NCBI GenBank assembly: GCA_015062245.1
Contig: SUVA01000001.1
Coordinates: 12,856-76,855 of the forward strand
Length of the DNA stretch: 64,000 nucleotides
Reading direction: 5' to 3'
Source: Alphaproteobacteria bacterium
Lineage (GTDB): Bacteria; Pseudomonadota; Alphaproteobacteria; CAAHEQ01; UBA3637
Shown here: piece by piece, positions 47,916 to 57,871 of the stretch
Layout of the letters: each line of letters opens with the position of its first letter
Position numbering within the stretch: the first letter of the stretch is position 1
Program-made: the position numbers and the translations under genes
Notes under the pieces: generated by a model
Database searches by the model: none
Seen by the model: only the letters and a program-made list of their open reading frames with translations
Told to the model about the DNA's origin: nothing

Positions 47916-49163
47916 ATGTCCATTTTGTTAAAAAATGTTACTTTAAATAATCAAAAAACGGATATTTTAATCAAAAATAATTACTTTGAAAAAATCACCC
48001 CTGATATCAATCAACCCGCCGACAAAGTTCTGGATTGTCAAAATTTGGCGATTTTGCCGGCTTTTTACAATTGTCATTCCCATGCACCGATGAGTATCTT
48101 TCGTGGTATCAGTGATGATAAAAATCTGTTTGATTGGTTAAACAATGATATATGGCCACGGGAAGCCAAACTGACCGAAGATATGATTTACACCGCCACC
48201 AAATTTTCCATTTTGGAAATGATTAAAACAGGTACTGTCTTTTTTTCGGATATGTACTTTGGCATGTCCGCCATGATACAGGCAGTGGCCGATATGGGGA
48301 TTCGCTCGGCTCTTTCCTGTGGTGCATTAGATTTATTTGACTCACAAAAACGGCAAAACGAAATCAAACAAATTCGTGATTTTTTTGAAATGCCCAATCC
48401 AAACCCTGATTTAATTCAAAAAACACTTTCAATCCATGCTGTTTATTCTGTTTCAAAAGAATTGATTCGCTATAATGTGGATATGGCCAAAGAACATCAA
48501 ACATATTTACATATTCATGCCTGCGAAACAAAAAAAGAAGTGGATGATTGTTGGCGTGATAATGGTTGCAGTCCGATTCAATATCTGGATATGTTAGGGG
48601 CGCTAAGCGATAAAACAATTTTGGCCCACAGTGTTTGGTTGGATGATAAAGATATTGACATTTTGGCCGAAAAGGGCGTATGGCTTTGCACCAATCCTTC
48701 ATCCAATTATAAACTCAATTCAGGCGTCTTTATGCTTCAAAAATTACTGGATAAAGGTTGCAAAATAACACTGGGAACAGACGGCGCCGCCTCAAATAAT
48801 TCATTAAATATGATGACTGAGATGAAATTATGCGCTTTATCGGCCAAAATTCAAGCCGATAATCCGACCGCCGGCAACGCCCAAGATGTATTTAAAATAG
48901 CCACCCAAAACGGGGCCAAAGCCTTTGGTTTAAACGCCGGTGAAATTGCCGAAGGAAAATTGGCCGATTGCATCTTGGTTGATTTAAAGAATCACTTTTT
49001 GACACCCAATTATAATTTGATTTCAAATATGGTCTATTCAGCCGATAGTTCCTGCATTGATACAGTTATTTGCAACGGTCAGATTTTAATGCAAAACCAT
49101 TTTATTGATGGCGAAGAAGACTTGATTGACCAGATACAACAATTCAGCCGAAAAATGATTTAA
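47916..49163 (+). CDS. Amidohydrolase-family deaminase (MtaD/SsnA/guanine deaminase-like)
   Basis: N-terminal metal ligands (NCHSHAPMS); family-typical internal H and HxH and C-terminal Asp. Confidence 0.7.
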   Translation: MSILLKNVTLNNQKTDILIKNNYFEKITPDINQPADKVLDCQNLAILPAFYNCHSHAPMSIFRGISDDKNLFDWLNNDIWPREAKLTEDMIYTATKFSILEMIKTGTVFFSDMYFGMSAMIQAVADMGIRSALSCGALDLFDSQKRQNEIKQIRDFFEMPNPNPDLIQKTLSIHAVYSVSKELIRYNVDMAKEHQTYLHIHACETKKEVDDCWRDNGCSPIQYLDMLGALSDKTILAHSVWLDDKDIDILAEKGVWLCTNPSSNYKLNSGVFMLQKLLDKGCKITLGTDGAASNNSLNMMTEMKLCALSAKIQADNPTAGNAQDVFKIATQNGAKAFGLNAGEIAEGKLADCILVDLKNHFLTPNYNLISNMVYSADSSCIDTVICNGQILMQNHFIDGEEDLIDQIQQFSRKMI

Positions 49164-49166
49164 AAA

Positions 49167-49736
49167 CTATTTTTGTATCAAGTGTTTGGCAATATCCTGA
49201 CTCAGCTTTTCCCATAATTTTGAATAACCGATAACCAAATCATCATAGGTTTTTGCGATTTCAATTTTATCGGAAAATTTTTGGCGGATAATCGTTTTGC
49301 CGTCTTTATTTTTTATTGTGTACCATGCTGTCAATTCGGCCTGATTGCCCAAAATGCCGTCCATTTGAATCACCTGAACCCAAACACGACGGTCAAATTT
49401 TTCACTGCCTATCGTGCGAATTTTGGCTTCGGATTTTGGTAATAAATTATTTAAGTTTTGCGTCAAAATACGTGTACATAAAACAGACGGCGATTCAATC
49501 CAACGATTGTATTCGGATATAAAAACTTCCGTATCATTTTTGTTTTGGGTTACAATTTGGGCCCTGTCCATATATTTGGGTAAATCAACTTTGTCCACAC
49601 CAATAAACAAATCGGCCGATTGTGAAACGCTTTTTGATTCAATAGGAGTTAAAGAATAAAACTTGGAAGTTTGAGAAACACCAAAAACACAGCCCGATAA
49701 AAGCAAACACCAAAAAGCATATTTGATTTTTTTCAT
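49167..49736 (-). CDS. PqiC/YmbA-like ABC-transport auxiliary lipoprotein
   Basis: Lipobox LLSGC; DUF330-like; last gene of an MCE-type ABC operon. Confidence 0.6.
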   Translation of the reverse strand: MKKIKYAFWCLLLSGCVFGVSQTSKFYSLTPIESKSVSQSADLFIGVDKVDLPKYMDRAQIVTQNKNDTEVFISEYNRWIESPSVLCTRILTQNLNNLLPKSEAKIRTIGSEKFDRRVWVQVIQMDGILGNQAELTAWYTIKNKDGKTIIRQKFSDKIEIAKTYDDLVIGYSKLWEKLSQDIAKHLIQK

Positions 49737-49737
49737 T

Positions 49738-50532
49738 TTATTCTCCTTTTTTGCCTTTGATTAAAGATTCCGGATGACGTTCCAAATAATCGGCCAAATT
49801 TTGCACCGATCGGGCCGCATCGGAAATATCCGTCAGGGCTTTATTGGCGTTAAAAATCACTTCATCGGTATTATCGGCTATTTTTTCCAAGGCCTTATTC
49901 AGGGTTTGGCTTGTATGCGTCAATGAAGGCAATAAAACCGGCAATTGAGTATTTAAAACATGAACAATATGATCAAATTGTTCCACCGTTTTTTGTAATT
50001 TTAAATTATCAATTCCCTGTGTTAAAGCTTCCGTCTTTGACAAAACGGTTGGGATTTGGACAAATTGGGAAAAGCCTTCTTCGGCAACGGTTTTTATTTC
50101 ACTTTCGGGCAACATAACCAACTCAATCATCAATTGTCCCGTCAAATAACTTTGGGTGGCCAAGCGCGCCCTTAACCCCCGTTGGATTAAACCTTCCAAT
50201 ACATTTTTTCGGCTCCATAAATTAGTCCATGAACTGTCGTCTTTTAACAATCCCATCGGTTTAATGCGCACATAAACCGGCACTTGAAAGGTCATATCTT
50301 GGGTATCGGCCACTAATTTTATATTGATGACCTTGCCGATTTCAACCCCACGAAAAACAATCGGCGCACCCACGGAAAGACCTTTGATGGACTCATCAAA
50401 GTACATCACAAAGACATTTTTCTTATCCTGCACAACCTTATGCCAAACGGATTGTCCGATTAAAACGAACAAGACAAGAAAACCAAGCATCAAAAACAAA
50501 CCGATGGCTTTTTTATTGGGTTCTTTTTTCAT
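49738..50532 (-). CDS. MCE-domain (MlaD/PqiB-like) periplasmic substrate-binding protein
   Basis: N-terminal TM anchor plus MCE domain. Confidence 0.75.
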   Translation of the reverse strand: MKKEPNKKAIGLFLMLGFLVLFVLIGQSVWHKVVQDKKNVFVMYFDESIKGLSVGAPIVFRGVEIGKVINIKLVADTQDMTFQVPVYVRIKPMGLLKDDSSWTNLWSRKNVLEGLIQRGLRARLATQSYLTGQLMIELVMLPESEIKTVAEEGFSQFVQIPTVLSKTEALTQGIDNLKLQKTVEQFDHIVHVLNTQLPVLLPSLTHTSQTLNKALEKIADNTDEVIFNANKALTDISDAARSVQNLADYLERHPESLIKGKKGE

Positions 50533-51286
50533 GAAAAACTCCTCTGGTTAAAAATTCATAAACACGTTCATTGGGCGGATTTTTTAATAACTCTTTCGGG
50601 TTACCTTTGGCCGAAATCGTTTGAATGGTATTATCCAAAAAGACGGCATTCTTACCAATGGCAAAAATAGATGCCAATTCATGGGTAACAATCACTATTG
50701 TTGTTTTGAATGTTTCATTGATTTGCAAAATTAAATCGTCCAAATTTTTGGAACTGACCGGATCCAATCCCGCCGATGGTTCATCAAAGTACACTATTTC
50801 TGGATTTAGCGCCAAGGCCCGTGCCAAACCAGCCCGCTTTCGCATACCGCCACTGATTTGACTGGGATAATAATCTTCAAAGCCTGCCAATCCCACCAAA
50901 GCCAATTTAAAAGCCACAATATCCTTTATTTGTTGGGCGGTATTTTGAGTATATAGTTGTAAAGGTAAAGCGATATTTTCCGCCAAAGTCATTGAGCTGA
51001 ACAAAGCCCCACTTTGATATAAAATCCCCGAATGTTTCATAAGCTCTTTTTTCTGTGATTCTGTGGCTTTTTTTAAATTGATATCCTGAATAAAGACATC
51101 GCCTTTTTGGATGGGAATCAAACCGGTCAAAGTGCGCAATAATGTACTTTTACCACAACCCGAACCACCCATAATGACAAAAATATCGCCCTTTTGAATT
51201 TCAAAATTTAAATCCTTCATAACGGTATTATCATCATAACCGATACTTAAATTTTTGGCCTGAATAATGGGCATATTTTTCATCAA
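50513..51286 (-). CDS. ABC transporter ATP-binding protein (MlaF-like)
   Basis: Walker A GGSGCGKST, signature LSGGMRKRAGLARAL, Walker B VYFDEP. Confidence 0.85.
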   Translation of the reverse strand: MMKNMPIIQAKNLSIGYDDNTVMKDLNFEIQKGDIFVIMGGSGCGKSTLLRTLTGLIPIQKGDVFIQDINLKKATESQKKELMKHSGILYQSGALFSSMTLAENIALPLQLYTQNTAQQIKDIVAFKLALVGLAGFEDYYPSQISGGMRKRAGLARALALNPEIVYFDEPSAGLDPVSSKNLDDLILQINETFKTTIVIVTHELASIFAIGKNAVFLDNTIQTISAKGNPKELLKNPPNERVYEFLTRGVFHEKRTQ

Positions 51287-52365
51287 ACACCCAACCCTTC
51301 ACAGGCCAAAGTAATCAAGCCTGTCATCACAATCATCCACACAATGGCATAAACAACGGCGTTGGTGGTTGATTTACCGACACTGTCGGCATTACGACCG
51401 CAAGTTAAACCGAAATAACATCCGCACAGCGCTATTACAACAGCAAAAACAACACCATGAAACAACCCCACCAAAAAATTGGTTATATCAAAGGAAGATG
51501 TTGTGTATTTAATGTATTCGGATAAAGGCACATCCCAAAACAAAACACAAACAAAGCAACCGCCCAAAATGCCCATAATATCCGAAATCAAAACCAAAAT
51601 CGGCATAGACAACAACAGGGCATTTATTCGTGGCAAAACCAAAAAGTCCGTCCGTGAAACGCCCATGGTTTTCAAGGCATCCAATTCTTCATTGACCTGC
51701 ATGGTGCCGATAGTGGCCGCATAAGAAGAACCCGTGCGACCGGCCATAATAATCCCCGTCATAATGGCCCCCATAATGCGTGTCATCCCGATGGTTACCA
51801 AGCTGGCCACATAAATTTGAGCCCCAAAAGTTTTTAATTGTAGCGCCCCCACAAAGGCCAAAATCAATCCCACCATAAAGCTGATTAAAGAGACGATTAA
51901 AATGGCCTTTGGTCCGCAATCACCCAAAGCGGTCCAAAAATCTTTTGACCGATACACGGCTTTGCCCGTTATTTGTCGCCCCCATCCCGATACAGATTTA
52001 ATAACAAAGTTTAATCCTTTTTGAAAACGCTCCCTGATATATAACGCTTTACCGCCCAAACGTTCCAATAAGTTTTCTTTCTTTTCCTGTTCAGCCAAAA
52101 CTTTATTTTGGGTTTGAAAGGCCAATTTAATCAACTTATCCATGTCCTTTGGTAAATGATGGGTTGAAATACTTTGTTTCGGGATATGCTTTAATCGGGC
52201 GTATAAAAAAGCAACAAAATTCATATCCCATTTTTCAATGCCGTCATTTTGAATTTGAATTTTTTTATTTTCACCACTGATATCTTTAAAGGTTGAATTT
52301 TTGGTTAAATCCCCTTTTAATAAAATCTGAATCACATGGTTGTTTTGTTTTATTTGAATCATCAT
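51283..52365 (-). CDS. MlaE-family ABC permease with roughly 100-aa N-terminal STAS-like extension
   Basis: C-terminal about 260 aa is the MlaE permease; N-terminal soluble domain. Confidence 0.75.
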   Translation of the reverse strand: MMIQIKQNNHVIQILLKGDLTKNSTFKDISGENKKIQIQNDGIEKWDMNFVAFLYARLKHIPKQSISTHHLPKDMDKLIKLAFQTQNKVLAEQEKKENLLERLGGKALYIRERFQKGLNFVIKSVSGWGRQITGKAVYRSKDFWTALGDCGPKAILIVSLISFMVGLILAFVGALQLKTFGAQIYVASLVTIGMTRIMGAIMTGIIMAGRTGSSYAATIGTMQVNEELDALKTMGVSRTDFLVLPRINALLLSMPILVLISDIMGILGGCFVCVLFWDVPLSEYIKYTTSSFDITNFLVGLFHGVVFAVVIALCGCYFGLTCGRNADSVGKSTTNAVVYAIVWMIVMTGLITLACEGLGV

Positions 52366-52495
52366 CCCACCTTATTTTGAACTGTAATATCTTTGGGATA
52401 AAAAGTCAAGCATTTTTCCAGTTTAAAACCTGATTTTTTTCTTGCATTTTTATGCATTCTTGATTAAACTGAAAACAATTATCCAAGGAGTTTTC

Positions 52496-53281
52496 ATGCA
52501 ACAATTTTTAACTTTTTTAAATACATTGGGCGGTGTAATGACCCGATTTTTTTATGCCACCGGTGAATTGGCCATTTTTACAGGTAAAGTTATCGGGGCC
52601 TGCGTAAAAAGACCTTTTTATTTTAAAGAATTGATACGCCAGTTGGTTGAAATCGGCTTTTATTCTTTACCTGTTGTGGCATTGACCACGTTGTTTTCGG
52701 GGATGGTGATTGCGATTCAAACATATGAAGCCGTATCAAAATTTTCGGCCGAAGGGGCTGTATCTATGGTGGTATTGGTGGCGGTTACACGTGAGCTGGC
52801 CCCTGTGATGGCGGCCTTGATGGTGGCCGGACGTATCGGGGCGGCAATGGCGGCCGAAATCGGCACCATGCAGGTAACCGAACAAATTGATGCCCTGACA
52901 ACATTGAACACAAATCCTTTTAAATATCTGATAGCACCACGGGTTTTGGCCGGTGTTTTGATGATGCCTGTTTTGGTTTTAATCGGGGATGTCTTGGGCG
53001 TTTGTGGCGGTTATATGGTCGGTGTGTATAAAATGGACTTTAATGCGACCACTTATTTGGTCAATACATGGAATTATTTAAGACCCATGGATATTATTTC
53101 AGGCATGACAAAAGCAGCCGTCTTCGGGTTTATTATTGCTTTGATGGGATGTTATAATGGTTTTAAATCAAAAGGTGGGGCCCAAGGCGTGGGGCAAGCC
53201 ACAACAAACGCCGTTGTGTCGGCCAGCATTTTAATTTTAATCTTCAACTATTTGCTGACAGAAGCATTCTTTAATATGTGA
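52496..53281 (+). CDS. mlaE: MlaE-family ABC permease
   Basis: Start at 52496 (MQQFLTF) with RBS AAGGAG; five to six TM segments. Confidence 0.8.
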   Translation: MQQFLTFLNTLGGVMTRFFYATGELAIFTGKVIGACVKRPFYFKELIRQLVEIGFYSLPVVALTTLFSGMVIAIQTYEAVSKFSAEGAVSMVVLVAVTRELAPVMAALMVAGRIGAAMAAEIGTMQVTEQIDALTTLNTNPFKYLIAPRVLAGVLMMPVLVLIGDVLGVCGGYMVGVYKMDFNATTYLVNTWNYLRPMDIISGMTKAAVFGFIIALMGCYNGFKSKGGAQGVGQATTNAVVSASILILIFNYLLTEAFFNM

Positions 53282-53288
53282 GGTCAAA

Positions 53289-54020
53289 ATGAAATCAGTT
53301 CAAATTGAATTAAAAAATGTACATAAAGCTTTTGGAAAAAAGGTTGTTTTGGACGGTGTGGATTTAACGGTTCACAAAGGTGAATCGGTTGTGATTATCG
53401 GGGGCTCCGGAACAGGTAAATCGGTTACATTGAAATGCATTTTGGGATTGTTAAAACCGGATAAAGGTTCGGTCAAATTTAACGGCAATCAAATTGGTAT
53501 GTTGTTCCAAGGGGCGGCTTTATTTGACAGTTTATCCGTTTGGGAAAATGTGGCTTTTGCCGTTTTGCAACAATCGGGGATGACACGTGAAAAGGCCAAA
53601 AAAATTGCCATTCAAAACTTGGCCGAAGTCGGATTAAAACCGGAGGTCGCTGATGTTTATCCGGCCGATTTATCGGGCGGTATGAAAAAACGGGTGGGAT
53701 TGGCCCGTGCCATTGCCACAAAACCCGATACATTGTTCTTTGACGAACCGACCACAGGGTTGGATCCCATTATGTCAGATGTCATCAACGATTTAATCGT
53801 GAATTCCGTGAAAAAATTGGGGGCAACAGCACTGACCATTACACATGATATGCAAAGTGCCAAAAAAATTGCCGATCGGATTGCCATGTTGTATGAAGGC
53901 AAAATTATTTGGATGGGTACAGTTAAAGAATTGGAAAAAACAAAAAATCCTTATGTGCGTCAATTTGTGGCGGGGTCTTCCAAAGGCCCCATCCAAATGC
54001 AAGTAAAGGCAGATGAATGA
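53289..54020 (+). CDS. mlaF: ABC transporter ATP-binding protein MlaF
   Basis: GGSGTGKSV, LSGGMKKRVGLARAI, FFDEPTTGLDP. Confidence 0.85.
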   Translation: MKSVQIELKNVHKAFGKKVVLDGVDLTVHKGESVVIIGGSGTGKSVTLKCILGLLKPDKGSVKFNGNQIGMLFQGAALFDSLSVWENVAFAVLQQSGMTREKAKKIAIQNLAEVGLKPEVADVYPADLSGGMKKRVGLARAIATKPDTLFFDEPTTGLDPIMSDVINDLIVNSVKKLGATALTITHDMQSAKKIADRIAMLYEGKIIWMGTVKELEKTKNPYVRQFVAGSSKGPIQMQVKADE

Positions 54021-54637
54021 TAATTAAAATTTTAGTCTTTTTATGGATTTTTATTCTTCCTATATTGTCTTTTTTATGGGAAGTTTTTTATGGAAAAACA
54101 AACCCTGTTCCCGTTTTAAATTCAAAAGGAAAAAAAGAATTTCAAAAATATTTTGGTATTTCTTTTATTGTTTCAATATTTATTTTCGTAACCGCTTATG
54201 GGTTGATATACACAAATTCAATTTCCGAATTTATAGAAAAAATAATCATTTTTTTTAAACAGCCTCTGTGGGTATTATGTGTTGTTGAAATTATGTATAT
54301 AGATACGTTTATTGCTGTGACATTTGAATTTTTGATGGGAAGGCACAAAGAAAAAAAATATTTTAATTGGAAATGGATAAAAAATAATTGGCCAATGATA
54401 AAGGCTTCTTTACCCAATATGCGGATTTTATGGTATATCCATCTTTTGGTTGTTTTCTTATCGGTTCGTAATATTTCAGATCAAGAAAGTATCTTTATAT
54501 TGTTGGTTTATCCGATAACATCGTATCTTTATGCTAAAAACGTTTATGCTTATTATATTTTTAAAAACAAAGGTTTTTGCGACTTAAACAGCGAAGAAAC
54601 CCAAAGTGAACAGAAATTCTTTTTAAAAGGCAGATAA
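54017..54637 (+). CDS. Hypothetical polytopic membrane protein (very AT-rich)
   Basis: 206 aa rich in F, I, K and Y; start overlaps the mlaF stop (ATGA); GC clearly below flanking genes. Confidence 0.4.
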   Translation: MIIKILVFLWIFILPILSFLWEVFYGKTNPVPVLNSKGKKEFQKYFGISFIVSIFIFVTAYGLIYTNSISEFIEKIIIFFKQPLWVLCVVEIMYIDTFIAVTFEFLMGRHKEKKYFNWKWIKNNWPMIKASLPNMRILWYIHLLVVFLSVRNISDQESIFILLVYPITSYLYAKNVYAYYIFKNKGFCDLNSEETQSEQKFFLKGR

Positions 54638-54967
54638 ATGATTAAATTTAATCTGATTTTACTTACAATTAAAAGGATTATTTTTGAGACAAAACAATTG
54701 CGTGAAATCTGTCCCAAATATAAAAAACATGTTTATTTTTATTTTATAGCTCTGTGGGTATTGGCATTCTCTACACCTTTTATTCCATTTCAATATGTCT
54801 TTTTATATTTGGTTTCACTTGTTGTAATTATTTTATTTTGGATGTGTTGTGAAAAAGAAACCAGAATAAAAGTATTTAGATTTATAGTAAGATTATTGCT
54901 GGCTCTTATATTATTAAGTATATTATTTATCTTTTTAGGACAATGGTTTTCTGGAGGGAAATTTTAA
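54638..54967 (+). CDS. Hypothetical small membrane protein (very AT-rich)
   Basis: 109 aa; begins at the TAAATG junction with the preceding ORF; three hydrophobic segments. Confidence 0.35.
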   Translation: MIKFNLILLTIKRIIFETKQLREICPKYKKHVYFYFIALWVLAFSTPFIPFQYVFLYLVSLVVIILFWMCCEKETRIKVFRFIVRLLLALILLSILFIFLGQWFSGGKF

Positions 54968-56346
54968 TGAAAAAAACAACGCACTTTGTTTGTCAAAATT
55001 GTGGGGCGGTTTATGGCCGATGGGCCGGTCAATGTTCGGCCTGTCATGAATGGAACACTATTCAGGAAGAAGAAATTCAAAAGCCCGACAGCCCGACAGC
55101 CACAGGCGGGCAAAACGGACGCAAAATTGAATTTTTGGATTTAAGGGGATCGCCCGAAACTTTGTTTCGTTTAAAATCCAACATTGGCGAATTGGATCGG
55201 GTGGCTGGCGGTGGCTTGGTCCCCGGTTCTGTGATTTTGGTGGGCGGGGACCCCGGTATTGGTAAATCCACACTTTTATTGCAAACGGTTTCAGCTCTGA
55301 CCAAAGGTGTGAACAAAGACGGTCGTCCCACACGTTGCGTTTATATTTCGGGCGAAGAATCGGTGGATCAGGTGCGTTTACGTGCCATGCGCTTGTCTTT
55401 GGCTGACAATCCTGTGGAATTGGCATCTGAAACACGCATGCGTGATATTGTGGCCACCTTGGATGACGACAAAGCCCCCGATATTGTGGTAATAGATTCC
55501 ATTCAAACTATGTATTCCGATATGATAGAATCGGCCCCCGGTACAGTGGGACAGGTGCGGGCCTGCGGTCATGAATTGATACGTTTGGCCAAAAAGCGGG
55601 GTTTTGTTTTATTTTTGGTGGGACACGTAACCAAAGAGGGAACTTTAGCCGGCCCCAGAGTTTTGGAACATATGGTGGATACCGTTTTATATTTTGAAGG
55701 TGACAGAGGCCATCACTTCCGAATTTTGCGTTCGGTTAAAAACCGTTTTGGTGCGACCGATGAAATCGGTGTATTTGAAATGACGGATAAAGGTTTAATG
55801 GAAGTGCCAAACCCCTCGGCTTTGTTTTTGGCCGATCGTCAAGGAAATGTATCGGGCAGTTGTGTTTTTGCCGGTATTGAAGGCACCCGTCCCATGTTGG
55901 TGGAAATTCAATCTTTGGTGGCCCCGATGGCGGGGACTAATCCACGGCGTTCTGTGGTGGGATGGGATAATAACCGATTAAATATGTTGTTGGCGGTATT
56001 AGAGGCTAGATGTGGTGTTTCTTTGGCCAATAAAGACATCTTTGTCAATGTAGCCGGTGGTATGCGATTAAGCGAACCGGCGGTGGATTTAGCGGTTGTA
56101 ATGGCTATTTTATCCTGTGCTTTTAATCATCCGTTGCCGGCCGATATGGTCTTTTTTGGCGAAATCGGTTTATCAGGGGAAATCCGTAATGTGCCTCAAT
56201 CGGATTTACGGTTAAAAGAAGCCGGTAAGTTGGGCTTTAAAAAAGCCCTGGTTCCGCCCAACAAAAACAAAAAAACAACTTTTAAAACCATGGATATCGG
56301 TAATTTAAAAACATTATTGACTTTTTTTAATAAAGGCGATAATTAA
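54967..56346 (+). CDS. radA: DNA repair protein RadA/Sms
   Basis: Start at 54967 (MKKTTHFVCQNCG) with RBS GGAGGG; C4 zinc finger; RecA-like Walker A GGDPGIGKST; KNRFG motif; Lon-protease-like C-terminal domain. Confidence 0.9.
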   Translation: MKKTTHFVCQNCGAVYGRWAGQCSACHEWNTIQEEEIQKPDSPTATGGQNGRKIEFLDLRGSPETLFRLKSNIGELDRVAGGGLVPGSVILVGGDPGIGKSTLLLQTVSALTKGVNKDGRPTRCVYISGEESVDQVRLRAMRLSLADNPVELASETRMRDIVATLDDDKAPDIVVIDSIQTMYSDMIESAPGTVGQVRACGHELIRLAKKRGFVLFLVGHVTKEGTLAGPRVLEHMVDTVLYFEGDRGHHFRILRSVKNRFGATDEIGVFEMTDKGLMEVPNPSALFLADRQGNVSGSCVFAGIEGTRPMLVEIQSLVAPMAGTNPRRSVVGWDNNRLNMLLAVLEARCGVSLANKDIFVNVAGGMRLSEPAVDLAVVMAILSCAFNHPLPADMVFFGEIGLSGEIRNVPQSDLRLKEAGKLGFKKALVPPNKNKKTTFKTMDIGNLKTLLTFFNKGDN

Positions 56347-56402
56347 AAATTATTGGACAGAAGTAAAAAAAGTTGTTATGATAATTTAAAAAGGAGAAAC
56401 AA

Positions 56403-57005
56403 ATGGGATTGGTTGATATTATCGTTTTGGCAACAATAATCGTTTCGGTATTATTTGCATTATATCGTGGATTATTGCGTGAATTATTGGGAATTACCAG
56501 TTGGATTTTTGCCGCTGCCACAGCATTGTATTCCTATCAACCGGTCAACGGTTTGTTGGTAGGACAGGTGGAAAATGTTAAAATGTGGACTTTGATTATC
56601 ACGGGATTGTTGGCCTTGGTTGTTTTAATTGTTATGACCATTGTCAATGCCCGTATTACCCACAGTTTACGCAAAAGTTCTTTATCCGGATTGGACAGAA
56701 CACTTGGCCTTGCCTTTGGTGTATTTCGGGCGGTGTTGTTGATTGTCTTGGTATGGTTGTTTGCCCGTCAAATAGCGTGGGGTCCCAAACAGGTAGAACG
56801 TATGCAGGAAAATAACTTCACCGTAAAGTATATTCAAAAATCGGCTGATTGGGCGGAAAAATTGTTGCCCGAAGGTGTACAAAAGGATATGCAACGACCT
56901 GAAAGAAAAGAAATGCCCAAATTACCCGAAGTGGAATATAAAGACGTGGACAGAGAAGCTTTGGATGAAATGATTGAAGACATTGTGGATATTGAGGAGT
57001 TTTAA
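56403..57005 (+). CDS. cvpA: Colicin V production protein CvpA
   Basis: N-terminal four-TM CvpA region; RBS AAAGGAGAAA. Confidence 0.8.
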   Translation: MGLVDIIVLATIIVSVLFALYRGLLRELLGITSWIFAAATALYSYQPVNGLLVGQVENVKMWTLIITGLLALVVLIVMTIVNARITHSLRKSSLSGLDRTLGLAFGVFRAVLLIVLVWLFARQIAWGPKQVERMQENNFTVKYIQKSADWAEKLLPEGVQKDMQRPERKEMPKLPEVEYKDVDREALDEMIEDIVDIEEF

Positions 57006-57416
57006 ATGACAAAAATCACAACCCAAAATTTGGTGGATATGGCCAAAGATTTGATTGAGGCCAGATATCAAAAAGAAGGTCATCATTCGGTGGTGGCGGC
57101 CACCCTTTTAACAAAATCAGGTCATGTTTATCAGGCATTAAATACCGGCACTAATCAACCGTCTGTGGCAACTTGTGCCGAAATTATCGCCATTGGTATG
57201 GCCCATACGGCCGAAAAAGATATGCAAATTGATACCATTGTGGCGGTGCGTGATGTACCCAGCTATGTGATATCCCCTTGTGGTAAATGCCGTGAATATA
57301 TTTCCGATTACGGCCCCAAGGCCAAAGTTGTTTTGCCGGCCAAAAACAAATGGGGATGGACAATTGGCAATATCGGTGATTTATTGCCGTGTAAATATGA
57401 AAAGAAAATAAAATGA
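57006..57416 (+). CDS. cdd: Cytidine deaminase (tetrameric type)
   Basis: Zinc ligands CAEIIAI and PCGKCREYI. Confidence 0.75.
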   Translation: MTKITTQNLVDMAKDLIEARYQKEGHHSVVAATLLTKSGHVYQALNTGTNQPSVATCAEIIAIGMAHTAEKDMQIDTIVAVRDVPSYVISPCGKCREYISDYGPKAKVVLPAKNKWGWTIGNIGDLLPCKYEKKIK

Positions 57417-57868
57417 TTCAAATTCGTTGTATCGGTAAATTAAAGCTTTCAGACCCTGAATCAAAATTGATTGAGGGATATTTAAAAAAAACACGTGAAA
57501 AAATAGAAATACGTGAATATGTTGAAAAAAAGAATTTGCCTGATGCTGATTTAAAAGAGGCCGAAGCCAAACTGTTGTTATCGGATTTACCCAATAACGC
57601 CTATGTAGTGGCATTGGATGAACATGGTCAGACGCTTTCTTCACGTGAATTTGCCGACCAATTAAAGCTTGCCAAAGATAAAGCTAACCCTATTGTTTTA
57701 ATGATCGGCGGTGCCAACGGACACGGTAAAAGCGTTTTAAATCGGGCTAATTTAAAGTTATCCTTTGGCCGAATGACTTTACCCCATTTTTTGATAAGGG
57801 TTGTCTTGGCCGAACAACTTTATCGTGCCACAACCATTTGGAATAATCACCCTTATCACAGGGATTAA
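57413..57868 (+). CDS. rlmH: 23S rRNA (pseudouridine1915-N3)-methyltransferase RlmH
   Basis: SPOUT fold; 151 aa; ...LMIGGANGHG ... LPHFLIRVVLAEQLYRA. Confidence 0.8.
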   Translation: MIQIRCIGKLKLSDPESKLIEGYLKKTREKIEIREYVEKKNLPDADLKEAEAKLLLSDLPNNAYVVALDEHGQTLSSREFADQLKLAKDKANPIVLMIGGANGHGKSVLNRANLKLSFGRMTLPHFLIRVVLAEQLYRATTIWNNHPYHRD

Positions 57869-57871
57869 ATT

